Below, piece by piece: positions 39,789 to 52,559 of a DNA stretch of 64,000 bases (the first letter of the stretch is position 1; each line of letters starts with the position of its first letter). The stretch covers positions 80,476,001 to 80,540,000 of the forward strand of contig OX597821.1 in assembly GCA_951406725.2 (NCBI GenBank), in the 5' to 3' direction. The DNA is from Octopus vulgaris. Taxonomy: Eukaryota. Made by a program: the position numbers and the translations under genes. The notes below the pieces were generated by a model. That model made no database searches. It was not told the origin of the DNA and saw only the letters and a list, made by a program, of their open reading frames with translations.

Positions 39789-41379
39789 AGGGGTACTTAA
39801 AATTATTTAAAAGGTCCCGTACCAATTTAGTCCAAAATCTACTCTACTCCTTCTCGGTTTATGTATGCCGATGTGATTTTCTGACTTTCGATGTGAACGA
39901 GTTTATGTGTGTATGTGCGCGAGCGCGTGTATCTGTACTGTTAGAGTTCTAATATGTTTGCGTTGTTTATCCGTATTTCAGTTTATTAGTTCGTTATTTC
40001 ACTTGTGAATACATCACCACGACACATTGCTCTACGTACGCAGGATTATTATTGTAAGATCAGCAAGTGCGTGTGGGAGCAAACAGTGAGTAGTTTCAGT
40101 AGCATGTTAGATAGTATTACAAATACAAATATCTTAAAGAAATGTTAGCTCAAACTTGGAAAATACTTTAGCGCTGAAATAGACAGGTTTGAGTTTTATG
40201 ACTATATCTTGTATCTTTCAATACTTCTGCAAAGTCAGCTAAACATTCAGAATCTGAAGACTTGAAAATTCTTAAGTAGGTTTTCAATACGACGATGAAA
40301 ATGTTCTTCCAAATTTGAAATTAACTTTTCAGATAATGCTTTCCAAAGCAATTCTAGTTGCTAGCTCATTGCGATCTTTTCACAAGTTGACATTGATTTA
40401 ATGATATCTGAGAGCTGGTCGACTTTAGCCTTTCATAGTATTCGACGTCAGATAGCACAATTTTATTCACGTTATTGATGCGAAAGTAAACATTGGCGAA
40501 AGTAAACATACAGTTTTCAATTGGAGTTTAAAATTATTCCTAAAAACAAAACAAAAAAAATACTAGAAATTTCGTGAAAACAATTATAACTGTCTCATAA
40601 TTAGAATGATCTTATTTGTATAAATTTTGGTTTAGCTTTGTATTGTATTTTCCTTGGAAATATGTTTGATATTTGCCTTGAGAAAAGATTGTTTTGTTAT
40701 ATGTAATTCATATTGTTTTATTTGTCAGAAAATAAACTTTTAAAAGTATATTACAAATAGTATTCCGAATTTATGCCACAAGAGAAATTTGCGAGAATTG
40801 TAAAGAACTGGCTTTAATGGGCACCAAGTATTGATTTGTCTGAGGTGCAATGAAGTCTAGTTAAATCACTGACTGAGTATATCCATGTTTATTTAGGATA
40901 TCGACGTGCTGTGCGTCTGTGTGAGTGAGTGGAGTGTTACAATTGCTCTCTTGCTTTCCCTTCGCCATCTCTCTTGCTTTCCCTTTCCCTCTATATCACT
41001 CTTCGTTCCCTCGCCCTTCTCTCCTCACTCTCCTTTTCTTTTATTTTCTTCATTTCTTCGCCTCACCCTCACTCTAGCCCTCCTCTTTCTTTCTTTACTT
41101 TTCTTTACACATTTTACATTTTAAACAAGTGGAACGTTAGAAGTTTCTCAAAAAAAAAAACCAACTTGATATTTCATTTTAACATTGACGAAGGAGTAGG
41201 GCGTGATGAAGGGGCATGGGGAAGAGACGGAGGATAAAGGAAGATCAAAAAGTGGTGGCGGTAGCGGTGGTGGTGATGGTGGTGGTGGTGGCAGTGGCAG
41301 TTGCTTTTCTGTCTTTTTCAATACCAACCAAACAACATCATTTGTTATAGGAGATTGTCAATAAAAAGTTCGGTGGAGG

Positions 41380-41880
41380 TGTTGGCGTGGTGTGGTGTGG
41401 TATGGTGTGGTGGAGGTGGTGGTGTGTGTGTGTATGTGTGATGTGGCGAAAATGTAGTTTATCGTTATGTTCCAAAGTGTGAAGTGTGGTAACGTTGGCA
41501 TTAATGTAGGAAGTTGTGCTCTGGCTCTACCACCGAATTGTTATGAGGTGCCAAGTGTGTTGCACGCCTATATTGTGTGGAATTTATTGTATGCAGAGAT
41601 GTGGCATAGTATAGCGTGGTAACTTGTAGTATTGTGTGTTTGGAGTGTCCTATGTGTGGTGTTTCTGGTGAACTGTGTTGCGATACTGTGTGTCATAACA
41701 TTAGGAGTCTTTGGGGTAGTGCTTTTGGTACAATATGATTTCTTGTTTGTGAAGTTGTCCGTGGTAGTGTTGCGTGTATCGTGAGTGGTATTTGTCTTGC
41801 GGCGTGATGTGTGTGTTGTCGTGTGTGGTGTATGGTGTGTTGTGATACGGCCTCATTTGTGTGCATACAGCTGCTCACTT
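41380..41880. repeat. Degenerate GT-rich (TGTGG-like) low-complexity tract
   Basis: Direct inspection. Confidence 0.6.
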
Positions 41881-42926
41881 GTGATAAAGAGTTCAATCAG
41901 TTCCAGGCTTCGTACACATTACTCTGTAAGGAGCATAGACCTGATATAGGATCCTATACCAATGGCTATAGAAGCGAAAATTATAACTGATTAGCAAAAT
42001 ATGTTACATTTCTTGGTCAGAAAGGTAACTACTAGTTTCGAAATTAAAAACATAGGATATATTTTCGGCTTTCGTCAGGCTACATATTCATATCCGATCA
42101 GAAGTTTTTCTAGAATAACCTTTACTCCTATCCAAAACTCATCTCCTACTCTCTTCAAACATGCACACAGGAGACAGAAAATATTTTAGCTAAAAGAATT
42201 TTTTTTGACAACGAATAAGGGAGAAGAAAAGTACTTAAAAATATGAAAATATAAAAGTTATGTTGAGCTAAATGTTTGTTGAAGACAAAGTTCCTTAAGA
42301 AAAGATTAAATCCTTTTTGGATCATAAAGGGCCCATAGGGAGGTGTTCAGCATCTAAGTATGAATTTTTTCTCATGTATGCAGAGGCCAAATATCTCCGC
42401 ATTAGCATGGCGGTATAAACTTGGTTTTCACAACTATTTTTGAATTCTGCTCTTTTCTACACTATAGATCCTACTTCCCTTTGCCTAATTTATGTATGGC
42501 ATTGCTTTTTCCTTTTTTTGTTAAATTTATTTTTTGTGTTTTTTTCTTTTGTGTGAACTTCAAGCTTATGTCAAACGCAGTGCCATTTACTTTTAAATAT
42601 CGGATGCAGCTTGCTACCTTTGTATTATTCTGTTTCTGCTAACCTTGTGTCAAAGTTTAAAATCAATATTTCATCAGAAAAGTTACTTTTATGCATATAA
42701 TTTGGCTAATGTTAGAGGTGCAACTATAAATGATTTTTACTACATATCTATTGAACAACAGTCTGAATTTGATTTGCGTTTCTGTTTATTAAACAGAACA
42801 TTTTAACCCAGATTAGACCTACAGTTAAGTCAGAGAGGGATCATAAGCAAAATTACCTTCTTGCGTCTTGCACTTCAGCGGTGCTCTGACTGGGATCATA
42901 TATAAATATATATATAGAGAGAGAGA

Positions 42927-42965
<39 letters not shown>

Positions 42966-42969
<4 letters not shown>

Positions 42970-43262
42970 CGCGTGGCAATCGGCTTACGATCGTAAGGTC
43001 GCGAGTTCAATTCCCGGCAACGCGTTGCGTCCTTGAGCAAGACACTTTATTTCACGTTGCTCCAGTCCACACAAGTGGCAAAAATGAGTAGTACCTGTAT
43101 TTCAAAAGGCCAGCCTTGTCACACGCGAATGTCCCTAAGAACTACGTTAAGGGTATAAGTGTCTGTGGAGTGCTCAGCCACTTGCACGTTAGTTTCACGA
43201 GCAAACTGTCCCATTGATCGTATCAGCTGGGATCCTCGTCGTCGCAACCGACGGAGTGCTCC
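42966..43262 (+). mobile_element. tRNA-derived SINE, head related to 23861-24093, different tail
   Basis: B box gagttcaattcc; shared cacttyatttcacgttgctccagtccac...ggcaaaaatgagta. Confidence 0.75.
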
Positions 43263-43279
43263 TTTTATATATATATATA

Positions 43280-43486
43280 AAGACGGTGAGCTGGCAGAAA
43301 CCTTAGCACGCCGGGCGAAATGCTTAGCAGTATTTCGTCTGTCTTTACGTTCTGAGTTGAAATACCGCCGAGGTCGACTTTGCCTTTCATCGATGAATTA
43401 AGTACCAGTTGCCTACTGGGGTCGATCTAATCGAATGGCCCCCTACCCAAATATTTCGGGTCTTGTGCCTGGAGTAGAAAAGAATA
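43280..43486 (+). mobile_element. SINE family A monomer
   Basis: Head, core and tail tgtgcctggagtagaaaagaat. Confidence 0.85.
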
Positions 43487-43577
43487 TATATATATATAAT
43501 AAGAAAAAAAAAACAACAACGCGAGGACGTGGTACATACGAAATATTAATAAGACGCTCAGAGAAGGAAAGAAAGAT

Positions 43578-43614
43578 TGTTTTACGTTTCGAGCAAAGCT
43601 CTTCTTCAGAAGCA
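43578..43614 (-). ncRNA. Minimal type I hammerhead-like motif within a short (TA)n-inserted element (about 43500-43680)
   Basis: tgctt-CTGAAGA-a-gagc-ttt-gctc-GAAAC-GTA-aaaca. Confidence 0.62.
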
Positions 43615-44233
43615 GGTGACAGAGAGAAATCAAAGAGAAAAGGAAGACGGATGAAAAATATCGCCAATAAATCTACATAGATATACACACGCAATTGTGA
43701 TTGTAAGTGCTTGTCTTCGCGTGTGTGTGCGCAGCGAACATGCGTGCCGGACAGTATGTGTGCATGGGTGCATACATCTGAGTACGCGTACGTGCATAAT
43801 TTTTATACGTGCAAGAATTTGTAAACAATGTTATTTTTGAGCATATGATCATGTATATGCTTATATATGCATGTATGTGTCTAAATCAACGTGCGCGTAT
43901 GTATACGCAACACACACATGCACACACACACATAAATGAATGCAAATGTTACTTCATTTATTAGGTTACCAGTAAGCCGAGGTTAACAGTGCACAATGTG
44001 GCAAGGGTTACGTAATATACCCCTCCCATATACGATTCTCTTTACAATAAATACAAATTACTTATGTAAACGTTCGCCGGTCTTTATTCAGACGTGATAC
44101 TTTCTTGGTTAGATTTAATGTTATTTTGATGGTTTGGTCTGTAAACAAACAGTCAGCTAGACAGAGACGTGGGGGGGGGGGGGCAGGATAGAGACGCATA
44201 CACTGCCATAGAGAAGATATACACATAGGTAAG

Positions 44234-44298
<65 letters not shown>

Positions 44299-44420
44299 AC
44301 ACATATACATACATACGTATATATATAGATAGATATGTATGTGTGTATATATATATTTATTTATATATATATATACATATATATATACATACATACATAT
44401 ATATATATATACACACATAC

Positions 44421-44451
<31 letters not shown>

Positions 44452-44514
44452 CATATTTATATACATACATATACATATATATATATATATATACATATAT
44501 ATACATACATACAG

Positions 44515-44559
<45 letters not shown>

Positions 44560-45554
44560 TCTGTATACAATGGTGTCTACGCAAATACGCGTGTATATAT
44601 ATTTGTGTGTCGTGTATGTGTGTATGTGTGTGTGTGCATGTGTACTGACAGACACGCACACATTGCACACACACTCATACTCGCACGCACACGCATATAC
44701 GTATATACATCTCTCACCCTCTCTCCATACATACATACATGTATACGTACATATACACATACGCGCGCACAAGCACATACACATGCACACACATATGCAC
44801 ATACATACGTAGATACATTGTTATATGTGTGTATGTGTGTGTGCCTTTGTGTATGTGTATATATATATTCGCACATACACACACACACATATATATACAT
44901 ATGCATGTATGTGTATATATACACATATATATACATATTTACATACATACATCTTCGTGTGCGTGCGGCGCATATATGCATATGTATGCCTGTGTGTATG
45001 TGCGCGCGAGCGTGCGTATGTATAATCGTATCCACATACTTGTATGTATACACACGCACGCACAGAACGGCCGTCTGACTGTCAGAGACAGGCAGGCACG
45101 CAGACAGACAGACAAATTGCCTGGTCCCCGATACAAAATAACAGCTGGATGAACAAACAAACCTTGTGTATACACAGCAATGTATTAATAAATAGCTGTA
45201 CGAATTCACCTGTATATTAATACAATTCGGAGGAGCTTGTACATACATGCATATATATATATCTATATGTTTGAGCGGATATATATATGTGCTTATGCAT
45301 GTGTGAGTGTAGGGTTTGTATTAGCATATTTATCTACACGTGACGATGGCTATACATGCAGGTGTGTATAAGCATATATTTACATGCAATATACACATTC
45401 AGAGAGAGAATTTAAAATAACTAAATAAATAAATAAATAGATAACTGATGTGAAGTTTAAATATACAGGTAACAAAAAAAAAAAAAGCCTCGTGGCGGGT
45501 ATCCAAAATATTTTCGATGTGAATGGTAACTGAGTAATTTATTCAAGTACAGCG

Positions 45555-45638
<84 letters not shown>

Positions 45639-45746
45639 TACCTTTGTTCTCTTTCCAACATTTTCACTATTCACTCTTTTCCAATCTCTTCTCTGTTCAT
45701 ACACACGTACATACACACACATACTTATGCAAATACGCGCGCACAC

Positions 45747-45793
<47 letters not shown>

Positions 45794-45916
45794 CACACAC
45801 GCACACATATGTATGCACTCACAAGATTAACGTCTGTAAGTTCCTTGCGCTGAGATCGAACCCGGAACAAATGGTTGTGAAACGAAGTTTGAACTTCTAA
45901 ATGACACGTACACACA

Positions 45917-45958
<42 letters not shown>

Positions 45959-46454
45959 TACACACACACATACACATATATACACAGTGTGGGTGTGTGC
46001 GTGTGTATACGTGTGTGTTAGCGCGCGCGCACGTGTGTGAATGTATGTCTGTGTATACATATATAGCGAGAGATTTAATTGTCTGAATATCGGTGCGTAT
46101 CAGTATGTATGTATGTATGTATGTATGTATGTATGTATGTATGTGTGTATGTATGTATGTATGTATGTATGTATGTGCCTGTGAATATATATGTGTTCGT
46201 GTATGTATATACATGTGGTTATATGTGTGTGTGTATTCTGTACAGACTTCCGGTGTGAGGAGTTCACCCTGCTCATTTCCTCCAGCTATAAGTTGCCACC
46301 TGGGTACACTCTGTTGCACCTTTTTTTTCTTTTCTCTTAAGACAAGAGGCGATGGTTATTAACGGGTAGATTAAGACAAGTAGCTTGATTATTGTTTATC
46401 TTCGACCAATCCTCCATTGCCGGAGCTATAAAGCATATAATATATTGGGATAAA

Positions 46455-46848
46455 AAGGCGGCGAGCTGGCAGAAACGTTAGCACGCCGGGCGAAATGCTG
46501 AGCGGTATTTCGTCTGCGTTACGTTGTGAGTTCAAATTCCGCCGAGGTCGACTTTGCCTTTCATCCTTTCGGGGTCGATAAATTAAGTACCAGTTACGCA
46601 CTGGAGTCGATGTAATCGACTTAATACCTATGTCCGCTCTGTGTTTAGCCCCTTGTGGGTAATAAAGAAATAGAAATAGGTATTTCGTCTGTCTTTACGT
46701 TCTGAGTTCAAATTCCGCCGAGGTCGACTTTGCCTAACATCCTTTCGGGGGGTCGATAAAATAAGTACCAATTGCGTACTGGGGTCGATCCAATCAACTG
46801 GCCCACACCTACCCAAAAATTTCGGGCCTTGTGCTTAGAGTAGAAAAG
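46455..46848 (+). mobile_element. Dimeric SINE family A with 16-bp TSD
   Basis: Two cores behind one head. TSD aatatattgggataaa at 46439-46454 and 46849-46864. Confidence 0.92.
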
Positions 46849-48041
46849 AATATATTGGGATAAAGAACCACAGCAGCACCACCACCGCCGCCGCCATCAC
46901 CACGACTGCAACAACAACATTGTCACTATCACCACTGCCAGCACCGCCGTTACGATATCTAATATCAATACCATCAACGCCACCATGAACGTTAAAATCA
47001 TCGCCAACACCGCCATCACTTACACCGTTCATAGCACCAGCACCACGACCACCACGACCACCACTACCTTTATCAACCCTATGAAACACTACATTACACT
47101 GAGCCCTACAGAATTTATTAATTCACAGCAAGCCACAGGATACACAGATTAGAACTGGAGTCCTAGAGTTGAGGGGCCCCTGGACAACTGGCTACTGTGC
47201 CCATGTCTTAAGACGGAGCCTTGGTGTTAAAAATCTCGGTGTCGGAATTGCCATAATGGCTTGGATATTAGAGATAAGGTTAGATTTGGTGTTTGAACTG
47301 GATTGGAATTGTAGCTGTCACAAAGGTTAGAACTATTGATAACTTGCCATTATATTCGTGCTTGCAATGCGCTTATATTAAATTTCATACTACAAAATTG
47401 TGATTAGAATTGGAGTCAAGCCGGAATTTGGCAAAAATTAAACTTTTAGAGTAAAGTAAAACAAGAAAAATTTTGAAATGCGACCTGAAAGTTCAAACTG
47501 TCATAGCTAATAAATTCCAGGCTTTGTTCTATAATCTTTCGATAATCTTTGAAATATCAAAAGATTTTTAACAAAAATTTGATTCAAGTATTTTATCTTT
47601 GTAAACATTTTATTAGCTCGAATAGCTCACTTAATTTCATCAAATAACATCTCTATTCTTACTCATGGCCGCAACAGCAGGGACCCCATCTACTTTCCTC
47701 TTTGTAGGGTTAAAGGATTTGTTTCGCTAATTCTGTGGTGTATCGGGCTTAGATCGAATTAAATGATGGTTCCATGCAAAACGCCAGTATTGGATCGGTG
47801 GCCCACGGTTACAAAATGTAATTCTATTTGCACATTCATTTCTTAATCCTGACAGGAAGCAATCAACAAGCAAACTATCAGAGTCTGTCAATTTGTGATA
47901 CTCTACTTAACTACATTGAATATTCCTTCCATTAAAGTTTGATTGTCTTTATATATAAATCTACATAAACACACGCAGGAACATACAATCACACACACGT
48001 ACACACACACACACTCACACACACGTACACACACACACACT

Positions 48042-48106
<65 letters not shown>

Positions 48107-48127
48107 GCACGCAAACACACACACACA

Positions 48128-48510
48128 TTACTCTTTTACTCTCTTACTTGTTTCAGGTCATTTGACCGCGGCCATGCTGGAGTACAACCTTAAAGGGATT
48201 TTAGTCGAAGAAATTGGCCCCGGCAATTATTCTTTGTAAGCCTAGTATTTATTCTATCCAATGCTAAATCATAGGAACGTAAATACACCAACATCAGTTG
48301 TCAAGCAGTGGTGGGAAAGAAAAAGAGACATTCACACATAAATATATACACACATATATACGACGGGATTCCTTCAGTTTCCATCTACCAAATTCACTCA
48401 CAAGTTTGTAGTCAGCCCGAGGCTATAAAAGAAGATGCATGCCCAAGGTGCCACGCAGAGGGACTGAACCCGGAATCTTGTGATTGAAAAGAAAAGCTTC
48501 TTACCACACA
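48128..48510 (-). mobile_element. SINE family B, diverged
   Basis: cttgtttcaggtcatttgaccgcggccatgctggag...gggactgaacccgg. Confidence 0.82.
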
Positions 48511-48623
48511 TAATACATATACATATATGTGTGTAATGTGTGCGCATGTTTGTATGTGGTGTGTGTGTGTATCAATGTATATATATATATATATATGTAT
48601 TATATATATATATATATATATAA

Positions 48624-49054
48624 TACAGTTCTATTTTTAAGAGATGAGGAATTATGTACATTATTTACATTGTTTACATTTGACGGATATTTGTCTTCAT
48701 CTTGTTTGTTGTTAACACGTTTCGGCTGGTATACCCTCCAGCCTTCATCAGGTGTCTTGGGAAAATTTCGAACATCGGTTCTCATTCCTAATGTATTTTT
48801 CGATGTTATTATCATTATTATAATTATTATTATTCAGGTCACTGCTTAGAATCGAACTTGGAATCTTGGGGTTAGTAGCCCGCGCTCTTAACCACTACGC
48901 CATATGCCCAAAAAATACCTTAGGAATGAGAACCCAGGTTCGAAATTTCCCCAAGACACCTGATGAAGGCTGGAGGGTATATCAGAAGAAGTATTGTATT
49001 AACAGCAAAGGGGATGAGGACAAATATCCGTCAAATGTAAATAATGTAAATAAT
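48624..49054 (-). mobile_element. tRNA-headed element with hammerhead-bearing tail and an inverted duplicate of the tail
   Basis: Minus strand: tRNA-like head 48909-48837 (A box tggcgtagtgg, B box agttcgattc), (aat)n linker, tail with CTGATGA/GAAA motif. 48910-49054 is an inverted copy of about 48659-48800. TA-rich microsatellite on both sides. Confidence 0.8.
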
Positions 49055-49091
49055 ATATGAATATATATGTCATACATATACATATATTTGT

Positions 49092-49136
<45 letters not shown>

Positions 49137-49140
<4 letters not shown>

Positions 49141-49440
49141 AAAATACAAAATCGGACAAGAATGCAAAACATCCGAACTAGGTGATACAAAAAGGGACAA
49201 CAAAACATCCAGATGGACAATACAAAAAAAAATAATGACCTGTCATTCGAAGCCTTTTATCTTCAGTCAAAAACCGGATCATCCTCGCATTTTCGGCTGA
49301 TTAATCTTGAGATTGTTCCAATCTGGCCAGCCCCAAGGAAAAACTAAGCTAAGAGCATTAGATTCCTTGGAAAAAAAAGCATCGAATGTATACGAAAACA
49401 AGGACTGAAATACAGACGATGTTACACGAATATAAATACA
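49137..49440 (-). mobile_element. Short (TA)n-inserted element, same family as 10555-10698
   Basis: Shared sequence with 10555-10698 and with 53385-53497 plus 54126-54187. Confidence 0.65.
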
Positions 49441-49471
49441 AAAATACAATAACAATAACAATAATAATAAC

Positions 49472-49589
<118 letters not shown>

Positions 49590-49626
49590 GGACATAACAA
49601 CAAGCGTCTTTCGATATATATATATA

Positions 49627-49990
49627 AGAGCAAAATGCCCCCCATCCAATGGACAGTGCTGAGTTATCAAACATTTAGACCAAATATTCTCAAAACAACT
49701 TGTCCGACCGTCCCATAGGCATCCCTTTTTAGAAACACTGATTTAACCTAAATTTGAGACACCAGCAAAAGAAGAAATAAAGATAAGACTTTTTTTTCTA
49801 TTCCAAAGAATGCTTTATAGATAGCATTCTCACCTGGAATCGATTTTTGTAATTTCTTCAAGACTTATACACACCCTGATACCGTCGGTATCTGCATATC
49901 AAATTTGAGCGCAATCGGATGGAGGATGCCCGAGATCCTAGAAGACACACACACACACACAGACGGATAGAACGGATTTTATATAATAGC
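49627..49990 (-). mobile_element. Non-autonomous Helitron-like element
   Basis: Homologous to 59253-59609. Confidence 0.7.
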
Positions 49991-50176
49991 TATATATACA
50001 CACATACATATAAGTATATACGTGTGTGTGTGTGTGGAGAGAGAAAGAGAGAGGGGGAAAGCATGTATAAATATATTCAGACACAGACCAGGAGACGCTT
50101 ACAGATGTTTCATTAGAAAAAATCAAAGCAGGGAAAAAAGGACAAGGGCAGTAAAATGAAAGAAGTAATGATCTCT

Positions 50177-50237
<61 letters not shown>

Positions 50238-50729
50238 ACACAATAGACAATAGTCTGACGATGAGGAATTTGTGTGAAACATAAATTTGGGAAAGTACAA
50301 GTATTTCTGAATAATTTCAGGTTTTCAGGAGAGAAAAACCTTGATCTTTAGAAATAGGTGTTGTTGTTTTTTGTTGTTGTTTTTTTACATCGAAGATGAA
50401 TGTTTGCATTTAAGGCCCTGCATATATAAAAAGGGACTTGTGTTTGTGTTGTTGTGAATGTCTGTCTGTCTGCCTCTCTTTGTGTGTATGTGTGTATGAA
50501 TATATGTATGTGTATATGCGTTTATGTATATATATATATATATGTATGTATACATCCATGTATGTATATATAGGTGTATAAAGATAAGTAAATGATTACA
50601 TGACTGTAGAAAGGCTAAAATTATGATATACATATGTGTGTGTTTGTGTGTGTGTGCGTCTGCATGTGAAGGCACGTAGCTTAGTGGTCAGGGTATTCGG
50701 CACACGATCATAAGACTGTGAGTTCAATT

Positions 50730-50983
50730 CCCGGTTGTCAAGTGATGATGGAGAGACAAAGAGACAAACACACACAGACACATACGCGCGCACACACACA
50801 TGCACACATATATACATATATATACGGCGGGCTTCTTTCAGTTTATGTTTACCAAATCCTCTCACAAGACTTTGATCGGCCCGAGACCATAATAGAAGAC
50901 ACTTGCCCAAGGTGCCACAAAGTGGGACTGAACCCAGAGTCATGTGGTTGGGAAACAAACTTCTTTACCACACAACCACGCCT

Positions 50984-50988
<5 letters not shown>
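50730..50988 (-). mobile_element. SINE family B, 5' part
   Basis: agaagacacttgcccaaggtgccac...gggactgaaccc. Confidence 0.8.
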
Positions 50989-51044
<56 letters not shown>

Positions 51045-51179
51045 CACACACACACATATGACAGAAGTAAATAGATACCCCATAAAACATCGTTTTATGT
51101 TTATTCTAACTTCTAAAGATTTATATTTTTTATCAGTTGATATTTCTATTTATCAGGTTCTATATGTGTCTGTTTATTC

Positions 51180-52025
51180 ATGCCATGGACAAAAGAAGCC
51201 TTGGAATTGTCTGAATTTCAAAGAGGGTCATTCGTGGGTCATTCTGAAGGTGGAAATAGTCAGCGTAAGATCGCAGAAAACCTTGGGGTCCTGCTTGCTT
51301 TCTACAGTTAATAGAGTGATTGTGCAATTCATCAGAGAAGCGGATGAGTTCACATCACCTCGCCCATGTTGACCAGGGCCCTCTGACAGGGCCCTTGTCT
51401 TTGTTAAGAGAAGTGTGGAGAATACTCATCATTGCAAGGCCTCTGACATGGTATCATTCCCAGAGCAGTTGTCATATATCTCCACAAACTTGGTTACTAT
51501 GGTAGAGTAGCAAGAAGGAAGCCACTTCTTTGACCAGCCAATATCAGGCGGAGAAAAGATTGAGCCAGTGAGATGGCGGAGAGGCCACAAGCATTTTGGG
51601 ACACGGCCATATTCTTTGATGAGTCCAGATTTACTGTACTTTCTGACAGTGGTCGAGTGTGGGTCCGGAGACTTTGAGGTCAAGAATTTGATGTGAAAAG
51701 ATTACAGCCAACAATGAAACATAGCAGCTATTCTGTGATGGTCTGGAAAGCAATTTGGAGCAATGGTCTATCAGAGCTGGTGGAGTGTGAGGGAAACATA
51801 AACTCAGATAAATATATGTCCATATTGCAGAAAGCACTTCTTCCAATCTTCTCAGGTGGTGAAACGATTAAAACAAACTCTTTATTTAAGGAAGATGAGG
51901 CTCCTCGTCACACGGTTAAAATGACCGAAGATTTGTTGGAAGAGAATACCATTAAAAAGCTTGCATGGTCAAGCCTGTCTCCAGATATGAACCCTATTGA
52001 ACACCTCTGGGGCATAATGGACCAG
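51180..52025 (+). pseudogene. Tc1-like (DD34E-type) transposase, frameshifted and 3'-truncated
   Basis: N-terminus ELSEFQRG...[10 protein letters not shown]; RVARRKPLL; FDESRF; SVMVW; FKEDEAPRH; WSSLSPDMNPIEHLW. Confidence 0.92.
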
Positions 52026-52100
52026 ACACGTCTATCTATCTATCTATCTATCTACACACACACACACATACACGCACACACACACACGCACACACACACA

Positions 52101-52195
<95 letters not shown>

Positions 52196-52559
52196 TTGTC
52201 TGTGTGTCCTCTTCTTGTCACCATTTTTACCCCTCCGCAAAAAATCCTAAATTTTATTTAATTTGCTTTGCGAGAAGGATTGTTTCAATGAAGTCGTGTC
52301 TTGCCCTTACTTTCGAAGCAGCTGAAGAAGGGGAATATTCCTTGTGTTATATGTCTTGTACTCTGTTTTTTTTTTTTGTTGTTTGAAAAGTACATTTCCA
52401 TGTTTTTGTTTTTATGTTTTCGTTTTTCGTTGTGTTCTACGTTTGTTTGGTGTCCTGTACCCATATATGCATGTATATATACATATAGATCTAGGTATGT
52501 ACATATATGTATGTATGCATATGTTTTATTTATTAATTTGTTATTATATATATATTTTT

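Noticed and set aside
48837-48909. Functional tRNA gene
   Set aside because: A and B boxes are present but the acceptor stem does not pair properly, and it is embedded in a repeat. The other tRNA-like heads are likewise SINE parts.
49240-49340. Hammerhead in the 10.6/49.2/53.5-kb family (CTGANGA and GAAA boxes on the minus strand)
   Set aside because: Boxes are present but I could not build consistent helices I and III.
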